Shown here: positions 22,164 through 32,117 of the stretch, piece after piece
Position numbering within the stretch: the first letter of the stretch is position 1
Layout of the letters: each line of letters starts with the position of its first letter
From: Candidatus Latescibacterota bacterium
GTDB taxonomy: Bacteria > Latescibacterota > UBA2968 > UBA8231
Assembly: GCA_965221775.1 (NCBI GenBank)
Contig: CBDCSU010000004.1
Location: 448,001-512,000, forward strand
Length of the DNA: 64,000 nt
Direction: 5' to 3'
Position numbers and translations under genes: made by a program
Notes under the pieces: model-generated
Seen by the model: only the letters and a program-made list of their open reading frames with translations
Told to the model about the DNA's origin: nothing
Databases searched by the model: none

Positions 22164-23412
22164 CGGGGATGACGGCGTCCTTGGGGACCACCACGATGCC
22201 TTCACGGATGAAGTGCCCGTCGCCGTCGGCTTCCTGGATGCGCGCGTCGTTGCTGATGATGGCGCCCTCGCCGATGCGCGCGTTCTTGTCGACGATGGCG
22301 CGGTGGATGACGCTTCCGGAGCCGATACCGACGTCGGGCACCCCGCGGGCGCGGTTGCGATCCCTGTCCTCGGGGGTCTCGTAGTAGTCGGCGCCCATGA
22401 CCACCGACTGGAAGATGCGGGCGCCGGCCCCGACCTGGCTGCGCACACCGATGACGGACTGCTCGACCTCGGCTTCGCGGAGGGCGCAGCCCTCCCCGAC
22501 GATGACGCGATCCATGCGGCAGTCGTCGATGCGGGAGCCGGCCAGGAACCGCTGGTGGGTGAAGATCGGCGCGTCGGGCCGGTGGAACTGGAAGACGGGC
22601 TCGAGGTCGGTGAGTCGGATGTTGGCCCGGTAGAAGGCGGAGATCGTCCCGATGTCCTCCCAGTACCCGTCGAAGGCATGGGCGAAGACGTTGAGCTTCT
22701 CGATCGCCGCCGGGATCAGGTGGCGGCCGAAGTCGTCCTCCTCGATACCGAGGAGCAGGCTGGTCAGCACCTGGGGCTCGAAGAGGTAGATCCCCATGGA
22801 GGCGAGGAAACGCGCCTCCGGATCGGCGCCAGGGGCCTCCGGCAGCTCCAGCTCGTCGAGCTCGGCCTCCGTCTGCGGCTTCTCGCGGAAAGCGACGATG
22901 CGGGAGCCCTCGTCCACCTTCAGGATCCCCAGGGAGGAGGCCTCCTCGCGGCGCACCGGCTTCACGGCGATCGACACGTCGGCCGAGCGCCGGCGGTGGT
23001 CGTCGACGAAGGCGCGGTAGTCCATGCGGTAGAGGTGGTCGCCGGAGAGGATCAGGACCTCGTGGCCCTGACGGGCGTGGATGCGCCGCAGCTGCTTGCG
23101 GACGGCGTCGGCCGTGCCCTGGTACCAGTCCGTCTCCTCCATGGTCTGTTCCGCCGCGAGGATCTCGACGAAGCCGCCGAAGAAACTGTCGAAGCGGTAG
23201 GTGGCGCTCACGTGGCGGTTGAGGGAAGCGGAATTGAACTGGGTGAGGACGAAGATCTTGTCGATGCCGGAGTGGATGCAGTTGCTGATGGGGATGTCGA
23301 TGAGCCGGTACTTGCCGCCGATGGGCACGGCGGGCTTGGAGCGGTAGCGGGTCAGCGGGAAGAGGCGCGCCCCCCGTCCCCCGCCCAGGATGACGCCGAT
23401 GACGTTGCGCAT
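22147..23412 (-). CDS. glgC: Glucose-1-phosphate adenylyltransferase
   Basis: ILGGGRGARLFPLT..RSKPAVPIGGKYRLIDIPISNC, WYQGTADAVR, LSGDHLYRMDY, YWEDIGT. Confidence 0.97.
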   Translation of the reverse strand: MRNVIGVILGGGRGARLFPLTRYRSKPAVPIGGKYRLIDIPISNCIHSGIDKIFVLTQFNSASLNRHVSATYRFDSFFGGFVEILAAEQTMEETDWYQGTADAVRKQLRRIHARQGHEVLILSGDHLYRMDYRAFVDDHRRRSADVSIAVKPVRREEASSLGILKVDEGSRIVAFREKPQTEAELDELELPEAPGADPEARFLASMGIYLFEPQVLTSLLLGIEEDDFGRHLIPAAIEKLNVFAHAFDGYWEDIGTISAFYRANIRLTDLEPVFQFHRPDAPIFTHQRFLAGSRIDDCRMDRVIVGEGCALREAEVEQSVIGVRSQVGAGARIFQSVVMGADYYETPEDRDRNRARGVPDVGIGSGSVIHRAIVDKNARIGEGAIISNDARIQEADGDGHFIREGIVVVPKDAVIPDGTRI

Positions 23413-23635
23413 ACCGGTCCGGCTCCCGCTGCGTTACCCCCGGGGCGGGCGAACCTGCCTGCGCCCCTGGGAGATCAGCGCGCCAGGCATCCACCGCTGG
23501 TGCGCCCTGTGAATGGAGAACGACTAAGCTGTTCCAGCCCGCGGATTTCCGCAAGTTGCGGGCCCGCCCTCCGGCCCGGCGTGCGGCGCCCTCCGGAGGG
23601 CGGCAGCCTGGGTACCGCGGCCGAGGCCAGGCGGT

Positions 23636-23736
23636 CCAGCGCAGCAGCAGTCCCGCCACGCCGAAATAGATGACCGGGGAGGGGATGTCGTTGAGGGTGG
23701 TGATACGGGGCCGGAGGCGACGGCGGGATCGAAACC
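23636..23736 (-). pseudogene. mgtE: Relic of the 3' end of an MgtE magnesium transporter gene
   Basis: GFDPAVASGP, a 1-nt frameshift, then ITTLNDIPSPVIYFGVAGLLLRW, matching the MgtE TM5 signature DPAxASGPxITTxxD. Confidence 0.75.
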
Positions 23737-23759
23737 CGTGGCCACCGGGTCGACGGCCA

Positions 23760-23788
23760 TTGCCGCTGCCCGACGCCGCTTCTACACT
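23760..23788 (+). promoter_or_regulatory. Putative sigma70 promoter of SDR-rfbA
   Basis: TTGCCG-N17-TACACT. Confidence 0.5.
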
Positions 23789-23842
23789 GTGGCGGACCGG
23801 AACAGGGGCCGTGATGGAGCGTCCTCCACGGAGACCGGAAGC

Positions 23843-24586
23843 ATGACGGCAGGGAGGCTGGAAGGCCGGACGGCGCTGGTCACCGGCGGCGCCCGCGGGA
23901 TCGGACGGGCGATCTGCGAGCGCTTCGCCGCCGAGGGAGCCCGGCTGGCCCTGGCCGACATCGACGAGGCCGGGGTCCAACGCACCGCCGAGGGGATTGG
24001 CGCCGGTGCCATGGCCCTGGCCGTGGACGTGGCCGATCCGGAGTCCTGTCACCGCTGCGTGGGTCGGGCGATCGAGTCCCTCGGCGCCCTCGACGTGCTG
24101 GTTAACAACGCCGGGTACCTGCGCCACACCAACGCCTTCGACTGTACCGAGGACGACTGGGACCGCATGGTGGACATCAACATGAAGGGGCCCTTCTTCT
24201 GCGCTCAGGCCGTGCTGCCGCACATGCGCGACCGCCGGCAGGGGGCCATCCTCAATCTCTCCTCCCTGGCCGCCAAGACCGGAGGAGTCGCCGCGGCGCC
24301 CCCCTACGGGGCCGCCAAGGCCGGGGTCAGCGCCCTCACCTTGCACCTGGCCAGGGTGATGGCCCCGTACGGGGTCCGGGTGAACGCACTGGCTCCCGGC
24401 ATCATCGACACCGAGATGACGCGGGACCCCTCCGGCGCGCACGCCGAGCTGGCGAAGCGGATCCCCCTCGGCTCCAGGGGCCGCGCCGAGGACGTGGCCA
24501 ATCTGGCCCTCTTCCTGGCCTCCGACGAGGCCAGCCACATCACCGGGGAGATCGTCGACATCAACGGCGGACTATGGATGGACTAG
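23843..24586 (+). CDS. Short-chain dehydrogenase/reductase (FabG-like)
   Basis: TGGARGIG, LVNNAG, YGAAK, VNALAPG. Confidence 0.92.
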   Translation: MTAGRLEGRTALVTGGARGIGRAICERFAAEGARLALADIDEAGVQRTAEGIGAGAMALAVDVADPESCHRCVGRAIESLGALDVLVNNAGYLRHTNAFDCTEDDWDRMVDINMKGPFFCAQAVLPHMRDRRQGAILNLSSLAAKTGGVAAAPPYGAAKAGVSALTLHLARVMAPYGVRVNALAPGIIDTEMTRDPSGAHAELAKRIPLGSRGRAEDVANLALFLASDEASHITGEIVDINGGLWMD

Positions 24587-24587
24587 G

Positions 24588-25508
24588 ATGAAGGGAATCG
24601 TGCTGGCGGGCGGGCACGGCACTCGTCTCGTGCCGCTCACACAGGTGGTGTGCAAGCAGCTGCTGCCGGTGTACGACAAGCCGATGATCTGCTATCCCCT
24701 GTCGATCCTGATGCTCGGCGGGATCCGCCAGATCTGCATCATCTCCACGCCCAGGGACCTGCCGATCATCCGCGGCTTCCTCGGCGACGGGCGGGCCCTC
24801 GGCGTGGAGTTCACCTACGTGGAGCAGGCCCGGCCCGAGGGCATCGCCCAGGCCTTCCTGCTGGCCGAGGAGTTCATCGGCGGCGACCCGGTAACCCTCA
24901 TCCTGGGCGACAACGTGTTCTACGGGGACTTCTTCCAGGGCGAGAACGGCTTCGCGCGGGCCGTGGGCGACTTCGAGGGAGGGGGTCTGATCTTCGGCTA
25001 CTACCTCGGCGATCCCCGGGACTTCGGCGTCCTCGAGTTCGACGCCGCCGGCCGGGCCGTGGGCATCGAGGAGAAACCCGCCGAGCCGAAGTCGAACTAC
25101 GCCGTGCCGGGCCTGTACGTCTACGACGCCGGGGTGGTCGAGGTGGTCCGCGGCCTGCAGCCGTCGGCGCGGGGAGAGCTGGAGATCACCGACGTCAACC
25201 GCACCTACCTGGAGCGCGGCGACCTGCGCGTCGAGCGGTTGGGACGGGGGATCGCCTGGCTCGACACCGGCACGCCCGCCAGCCTCCAGGCGGCCAGCAG
25301 CTTCGTCGAGGCCATCGAGATGCGCCAGGGGCTGAAGATCGCGTGCCTCGAGGAGATCGCCTTCGACCAGGGATTCGTCGACCGCGCCGGCTTCGAGGCC
25401 CTCATCGCGGGCTTCCCGAGCCCCCCCTCCGAGTGCGACTACCGGGAGTACCTCGAGATGTTCCTGGCCCAGAAGGACGCGGCCCCCGGGGCGAAGGGCA
25501 GGTCCTAG
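24588..25508 (+). CDS. rfbA: Glucose-1-phosphate thymidylyltransferase
   Basis: KGIVLAGGHGTRL, KQLLPVYDKPMI, LILGDN, EEKP, SARGELEITD, WLDTGT. Confidence 0.96.
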   Translation: MKGIVLAGGHGTRLVPLTQVVCKQLLPVYDKPMICYPLSILMLGGIRQICIISTPRDLPIIRGFLGDGRALGVEFTYVEQARPEGIAQAFLLAEEFIGGDPVTLILGDNVFYGDFFQGENGFARAVGDFEGGGLIFGYYLGDPRDFGVLEFDAAGRAVGIEEKPAEPKSNYAVPGLYVYDAGVVEVVRGLQPSARGELEITDVNRTYLERGDLRVERLGRGIAWLDTGTPASLQAASSFVEAIEMRQGLKIACLEEIAFDQGFVDRAGFEALIAGFPSPPSECDYREYLEMFLAQKDAAPGAKGRS

Positions 25509-25509
25509 G

Positions 25510-26312
25510 TCAGGACCGCGCCTCCGCCAGCTCCCCGAGAAGGCGGCCGTACCGGGTTTCTCCGCCCTCCTCCCAGGCCGTGAGCAGGGCGGAGCCGACG
25601 ATGCCGATCTCCACCCGTCCGTGCAGGGCCCGCAGGTCCTCCCCCCCGCCGAGGCCGAAGCCGAGAGCCAGGGGCAGGTCGGTGGCCCCGCGGCAGGCGT
25701 CCAGGAACTGGTAGAGCTCGTCCCGGAGCTGCGTGCGCCGGCCCGTGACCCCCTTGCGAGCCACGGCGTAGACGAAGCCCCGGGCACGGCGGCCGAGCTC
25801 GGCCAGGCGGCTCTCCGTGTTCGTCGGGGTCATGAGCAGGACCGGGTCGAGGCGGTGGCTCGCGCTGACGTCGAAGAGGTCGCCGTACTCCTCGTACGGG
25901 AGGTCGGGCACGATGAGGCCCGAGCCGCCCGCCGCCCGCAGGCGATGGCAGAACTCGGTGTGGCCCGGGCGGAAGAGGGTGTTGTAGTACCCCATGAACA
26001 GTCGGGGGAAGGCGGCCGCCTGACCGGCCTGGCGGAAGAAGTCGAAGTAGGCCCGGAGGGTGACCCCCCGCGACAGGGCCTCCTGGTTGGCGCGCACGAA
26101 GGTGGGCCCGTCCGCCACCGGCTCGCTGAAGGGCATCTGCAGCTCCACCAGGTCGACGTCGTGCTCGGCCATGGACCGCAGCATGGCGTGGTTCGCCTCC
26201 AGGGACGGGTAGCCGACGATGAGGTGGGTCATCAGCAGGATGCGCCGGTCCCCGCCCGCCAGGCGCCCTCGTACGTAGGCCTCGAGACCGCCGGCCCCCG
26301 TTCCGGGCGGGT

Positions 26313-26316
<4 letters not shown>
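25510..26316 (-). CDS. trpA: Tryptophan synthase alpha chain
   Basis: GYPS, ELQMPFSEPVADGP, MGYYN, IVPDLP, GVTG, LGFG, IVGSA. Confidence 0.93.
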
Positions 26317-27602
<1,286 letters not shown>

Positions 27603-27612
27603 GGCCGCGGCC

Positions 27613-29316
27613 TCAATCGATGAGCTGCGCCCTCTTCAACGCCTCGAGCATCGTGGCGTTGCCGGGCGATTCCTCCTTCTCCTGCTGCCGGCGCTCCTCG
27701 AACTCCCGGAGGTTCGCCTCCCCCTCCACCTGCTCGGCCCGCTTCAGGGAGAGACGGAAGCGCTTGCGGCGGTCGTCGATCTCGAGGATCGCCACCTTCA
27801 CCTCCTCGCCCTGGGAGAGGACGTCGCGGGGGTGGTTGACCCGCCGGCGCGCCATCTCGGAGACGTGGATCAGTCCTTGCACGTTCGGCGCCAGCTCGAC
27901 GAAGGCGCCGAAGTCCTCCAGCGCCTCGACCCTGCCGGTCACCACGGAGCCGGCACGGAAGCGCTCCCGCGCCTCGGTCCAGGGGTTCTTCTCCAGCGCC
28001 TTCAGGCTCAGGGAGATCCGTTCCTTGCGCCGGTCGCCCAGGTTCTTCACGGCGATGACCTTGACCTTGACCTCCTGTCCCGGTTGCACCACGTCCTGGG
28101 GGTGGGAGACGCGCTCGTGGCGAAGCTCCGAGACGTGGATCAGCCCCTCGACGCGCGCTCCGAGGTCGACGAAGGCCCCGAAGTTCTCGAGGCGGGTCAC
28201 CGAGCCGGTCAGCTCCGCCCCCTCGGTGACGCTCTCTCGGACACTGAGAGCACCCTTCGCCTGCTCGGCTTCGAGCAGGGCCCGCCGGGACAGGACGATG
28301 CTTCGGCCCCGGTCGCGGAAACGGATGATCTTGAAGGCCATGGTCTGGTTGCGGAAGCGCTCCGGGTCCTCGGTGAAGGCGGTGTCGATCTGGGATACCG
28401 GACAGAAGGCGCGCAGGCCCTCGAGGGAGACGCCCAGACCCCACTTGTTGACGGCCATCACCGTGCCTTCCACCGGCTGTCCCGACTTGAAGGCCTTGTA
28501 GAGCAGGTCGGACTGGCGAGCCTCGCCGCTGGGGTAGCGGGACAGGGCGACTTCGCCGGAGTCGCCGACGATGAACGCTTCGATCGGGTCTCCGGCCTGG
28601 AAAGCGATCTCCCCGTCCTCGCCCCTGAGTTCGTCGACGCCGATCACCCCCTCGCTGCGGCCTCCGTAATCGACGAAGGCCTGGTACTCGCCGACGCGGA
28701 CCACCACCCCGCTGACCCGGCTGCCCACCTGCGGCGCCTGGGCATCCGCCGCCGGGGCCCGGTCGGCCAGCAGGGCCTCCATGTCGCCTCCGGGATCCGC
28801 GGGACCGGCGGGAGCCCCCGAATCCGCGGGGGTCGGTCCCGCCTCCGGGGCGGTACCGTCTTCGGTCGTGGTCGTAGCCGCCGCCGAGGGTGCGGACTCC
28901 TGGGCCGCGGCGGTCTCCTGCGCGGTGGCGGCGGCGTCCTCGGCCGAAGCCGAATCCTCGGCGGAAGGCGCGGACCCGGCGGCCTCTGGCTCCTGGGCCT
29001 CAGGGGTGGCTTCCTCCGCGACAGGAGTGGCTGCCTCTTCGGCGGAAGCGGAGTCCCCCGCCTTGGGCGGGGCGCCCTCCGCAGGAGCGGATTCCTCCCC
29101 GGCCGCCGTGTCCTGCGCGGCGGCGGCGGTGGTGTCGTCCGCAGGTGTCGTGTCCTGCTCCGTGGCCCCGGGGAAGTCCGCTGCGCCCGAGGGCTCCGGC
29201 GCTTCGGCGGATACCTCGGGGTTGTCCCGGGGAGGCTCCTCCGCCCGCTCCGGATCCGGGGGGCGGAGCTCGTCGTGCGGTTCGCTGTCGGTGGGCTGAG
29301 GGCCGGACATGTCCAT
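27613..29316 (-). CDS. Ribosomal protein S1-like protein (four S1 domains) with long acidic low-complexity N-terminus
   Basis: Four S1 repeats (e.g. FGAFVDLGARVEGLIHVSEL, FGAFVELAPNVQGLIHVSEM) after about 175 aa rich in A/E/P/S/T. Confidence 0.88.
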   Translation of the reverse strand: MDMSGPQPTDSEPHDELRPPDPERAEEPPRDNPEVSAEAPEPSGAADFPGATEQDTTPADDTTAAAAQDTAAGEESAPAEGAPPKAGDSASAEEAATPVAEEATPEAQEPEAAGSAPSAEDSASAEDAAATAQETAAAQESAPSAAATTTTEDGTAPEAGPTPADSGAPAGPADPGGDMEALLADRAPAADAQAPQVGSRVSGVVVRVGEYQAFVDYGGRSEGVIGVDELRGEDGEIAFQAGDPIEAFIVGDSGEVALSRYPSGEARQSDLLYKAFKSGQPVEGTVMAVNKWGLGVSLEGLRAFCPVSQIDTAFTEDPERFRNQTMAFKIIRFRDRGRSIVLSRRALLEAEQAKGALSVRESVTEGAELTGSVTRLENFGAFVDLGARVEGLIHVSELRHERVSHPQDVVQPGQEVKVKVIAVKNLGDRRKERISLSLKALEKNPWTEARERFRAGSVVTGRVEALEDFGAFVELAPNVQGLIHVSEMARRRVNHPRDVLSQGEEVKVAILEIDDRRKRFRLSLKRAEQVEGEANLREFEERRQQEKEESPGNATMLEALKRAQLID

Positions 29317-29342
29317 CTCCTGAGGTTCGTGCCCGCGCGCGC

Positions 29343-30335
29343 CTAGGGGAGCAGGAGGACCTTGCCCGTGGTCCTGCGCCCCTCCAGGGCGCGGTGGGCC
29401 TCGGCGGCGGCGGCCAGCTCGTAGCGGGCGCCGATCCGGACGTCGAGCCGGCCCTCGGCGGTCCAGCTCAGCACCTCACCGGCGCGATCGAGCAGTTCCT
29501 GCCGGGTGAGGGTGTAGTGGGCCATGGTCGGCCGAGTCAGGTAGAGCGAGCCCTTCTGGCTGAGGACCTGGGGATCGATGGGAGGCACGGGGCCGCTCGA
29601 TTGCCCGAAGAGGACCATGGTGCCGCGCGGCTTGAGGGAGTCGAGGCTCCTGTCGAAGGTCGTCCGCCCCACCGAGTCGTAGACGACCTCGACACCGGCG
29701 CCTCCGGTGAGGCGCTGCACCTCTTCTCCGAAGTCGGCCTCGGTGTAGCGGATGACCTCGTGGGCCCCCGCCCCGCGGGCCAGTTTCTCCTTCTCCGGCG
29801 TGGAGACGGTGGCCAGCACTCGCGCGCCCTTCATCCTGGCCATCTGCACCAGCAACAGGCCGACGCCGCCGGCCGCGGCGTGGATGAGCGCCGTGTCGCC
29901 CGCCTTCAGGACGTAGGTGCCGGTGACCAGATAGTGGGCGGTCATGCCCTGAAGGAGGACGGCCGCCGCATCGGCGGTCCCGATCCTCTCGGGCAGGGGC
30001 ACCAGGTGGTCGGCAGGCACGGCGGCGCTCTCGGCGTAAGCCCCCTGGACGCCGGCCCAGCCGACGCGGTCCCCGGCGGCCACTCCCTCGACGCCTTCTC
30101 CCACGGCGACGACGGTTCCGGCCCCCTCCATTCCCGGTACGCAGGGCAGGTCGACCGGGTAGAGGCCGGAGCGGTGGTAGGTGTCGATGTAGTTGAGGCC
30201 GACGGCCTCCAGACGGACCACGGCCTCGCCGGGGCCGGCGGACGGCTCCGGCACCTGCTCGAAGGAGAGGACCTCGGGGCCGCCGTGCTCGTGGAAACGT
30301 ATCGCCTTCATCGGTTCGGTGGGAGAGCGAGTCAT
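29343..30335 (-). CDS. qor: NADPH:quinone oxidoreductase (zeta-crystallin type)
   Basis: GGPEVL, GLNYIDTYHRSGLY, HAAAGGVG, VYDSVG, KGSLYLTRP, RRTTGKVLL. Confidence 0.93.
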   Translation of the reverse strand: MTRSPTEPMKAIRFHEHGGPEVLSFEQVPEPSAGPGEAVVRLEAVGLNYIDTYHRSGLYPVDLPCVPGMEGAGTVVAVGEGVEGVAAGDRVGWAGVQGAYAESAAVPADHLVPLPERIGTADAAAVLLQGMTAHYLVTGTYVLKAGDTALIHAAAGGVGLLLVQMARMKGARVLATVSTPEKEKLARGAGAHEVIRYTEADFGEEVQRLTGGAGVEVVYDSVGRTTFDRSLDSLKPRGTMVLFGQSSGPVPPIDPQVLSQKGSLYLTRPTMAHYTLTRQELLDRAGEVLSWTAEGRLDVRIGARYELAAAAEAHRALEGRRTTGKVLLLP

Positions 30336-30411
30336 CGTGGGGGGAGACTGACAAAGTTACGTGTGGCGGTCCGTTTTGAGCAAGACGCACCTCGACATCG
30401 GCGCAGGAGAG

Positions 30412-31893
30412 TCAGCCCCGGCGCAGGGACAGGACCGGCGACCAGGGCCCCAGGAGGGCGCGCTCCCACCAGACGCCTCGTCCCCGCGCCTCCCCGCGGC
30501 TGAAGCGGTACTCGTAGAGGTGGGCGCGCAGGTACCGCGGCGGCGGGCCATCGCCGAAGGGATCCTCCGCCAGCAGCCCGAGGACGGTGGGAGACCCCTC
30601 CAGCAGGCGGCGGGCGAAGGCGTGGAACCAGCGGGCCCTCTCGAAGCCGCGCAGGGCGGCGAACCACATCTGCCAGTCCAGGCGCGGCATGTGCGGACCG
30701 GCGAAGGCGGGACGGCGGTCGACCTCGGTCGGCTTGTACCGGAACCGGTAGGTGCGCCATTCGACGCCGTCCCGGCTGCCCTCGAGGACGATCTCCGGGC
30801 GGGTCGTGGTCATGGTCGCGAAGAGCCCGTACGAGCTCGACAGGTGCAGGGGGTTCAGCAGCTGCTGCAGCCTGTAGAGAGGCCCGGCGAGGCGCACGTC
30901 CAGCCCCAGGGTGGCGGCCAGCTGCAGGCAGCTCAGGACGAGGATCGGCGCCGCCGCCGCCAGCCGGAGACGGCGCCGCCAGCGGCGACGACCCTGCCTC
31001 TCGGCGCTGGCGGCGGTGCGCCCGAAGACGGCGTCGTCGAGCAGGGGCAGACAGAGGACGAGGCTGAGGAGGTTGAAGAATCCGTAGTTGCCGGTGGCCG
31101 CGATCCCCAGTTGCAGCAGGGCGAAGCCGGCCGCGGCGGCCAGGCGGAAGCGGCGGGGACCGAAGACGGCGAAAGGCAGGACCAGCTCCACACCGAAGAG
31201 GAGCAGCGTCTCGGCCGTGTGCACCGAAGCAGGGAGATGGTGGGCGAACCAGCTCGTCCACGCGGGGATCGGCTGCGTCTGGTAGTGGTGCTCCATCGCC
31301 GTCAGCCCCCGCCAGGCCGGGTCGCCGCTGAGGAGCTTGACCACGCCGGAGGACCACATGAGCCGGAAGACCAGCCAGCGCAGGAGCCAGGTGACCGCCC
31401 TCGACGGAGGCTCCTTCCACACCCGGCGGGGCCGCCAGGCCAGGGGCGCCCACAGCACCGCCAGCACCCCCGCCTCGAGCAGCAGGATATCCCACTGGTA
31501 GGAGAGGAACTGCTGGCCGGCGACGTACACCGACAGGTAGGTGAGCCAGCAGAGAGCGAGGGCCAGGGCCGGGGCCACCCCGGCCGCCGCCAGCAGCGCG
31601 GCGGCGCAGCCCAGGGCGCACAGGGCGTGCAGGGCCGCGTCTCCCGAGTCGAGCCAGAGCAGGGTGGGAAGGTGCCACCAGGCCGCGGGCCCGAGCGTCT
31701 CCCCGGCCCACCGCAGGGTCTCGGCCGCCGGCAGGATACCGCGCGAACCGACGAGCCCCTGGGCCTGGCTCCAGAAAGAGGCGAAGGCCAGGAGGTAGAC
31801 GAGCCCCATGGCGCGGACGAAGCAGGCCCTGGCCACATGGACCTGCCCGGCCGCCCCGGCCACGGCGGCCACTGTCGCCTGCATCCAGCGCAT
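30412..31893 (-). CDS. Lipase maturation factor (LMF1) family membrane protein
   Basis: FLSYQWDILLLEAG, WLVFRLMWSSGVVKL, HYQTQPIP, TGNYGFFN, YGLFATMTTTRPEI, PHMPRLDWQMWFAAL. Confidence 0.92.
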   Translation of the reverse strand: MRWMQATVAAVAGAAGQVHVARACFVRAMGLVYLLAFASFWSQAQGLVGSRGILPAAETLRWAGETLGPAAWWHLPTLLWLDSGDAALHALCALGCAAALLAAAGVAPALALALCWLTYLSVYVAGQQFLSYQWDILLLEAGVLAVLWAPLAWRPRRVWKEPPSRAVTWLLRWLVFRLMWSSGVVKLLSGDPAWRGLTAMEHHYQTQPIPAWTSWFAHHLPASVHTAETLLLFGVELVLPFAVFGPRRFRLAAAAGFALLQLGIAATGNYGFFNLLSLVLCLPLLDDAVFGRTAASAERQGRRRWRRRLRLAAAAPILVLSCLQLAATLGLDVRLAGPLYRLQQLLNPLHLSSSYGLFATMTTTRPEIVLEGSRDGVEWRTYRFRYKPTEVDRRPAFAGPHMPRLDWQMWFAALRGFERARWFHAFARRLLEGSPTVLGLLAEDPFGDGPPPRYLRAHLYEYRFSRGEARGRGVWWERALLGPWSPVLSLRRG

Positions 31894-32043
31894 GTCGCGG
31901 GTACCCTAGCGCCCCATCCCCCGGCGCTCCAGCGCCGCCCCCCGGTCCCGGCCGTCGATCGGACGCCTCCGGTTCAGAGGCCCTCCCGGCTACGGCTCCA
32001 AGGCGCGGGCGTTCTTCAGCCTGTTTCGGCGTGTCCCGCCATC

Positions 32044-32072
32044 TTGACCCTCGCCGCGCCCCCGAGTAGCCT
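32044..32072 (+). promoter_or_regulatory. Putative sigma70 promoter of the sulfatase-like gene
   Basis: TTGACC-N17-TAGCCT. Confidence 0.5.
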
Positions 32073-32117
32073 ACCGCCCTCCCGGCCGGACCTCCCTCAC
32101 CCGACTCCAGGACTTCC

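Noticed and set aside
24588-25508. Surface polysaccharide cluster around rfbA
   Set aside because: No rfbB/C/D, flippase or glycosyltransferase genes are adjacent; rfbA stands alone.
28780-29300. Repeat array or CRISPR-like periodicity
   Set aside because: The repeats are degenerate, in frame and encode a low-complexity peptide; no identical repeats with unique spacers and no cas genes.
31894-32043. Possible additional gene relic in the LMF1/sulfatase spacer
   Set aside because: The short frames I read gave no recognisable protein motif.
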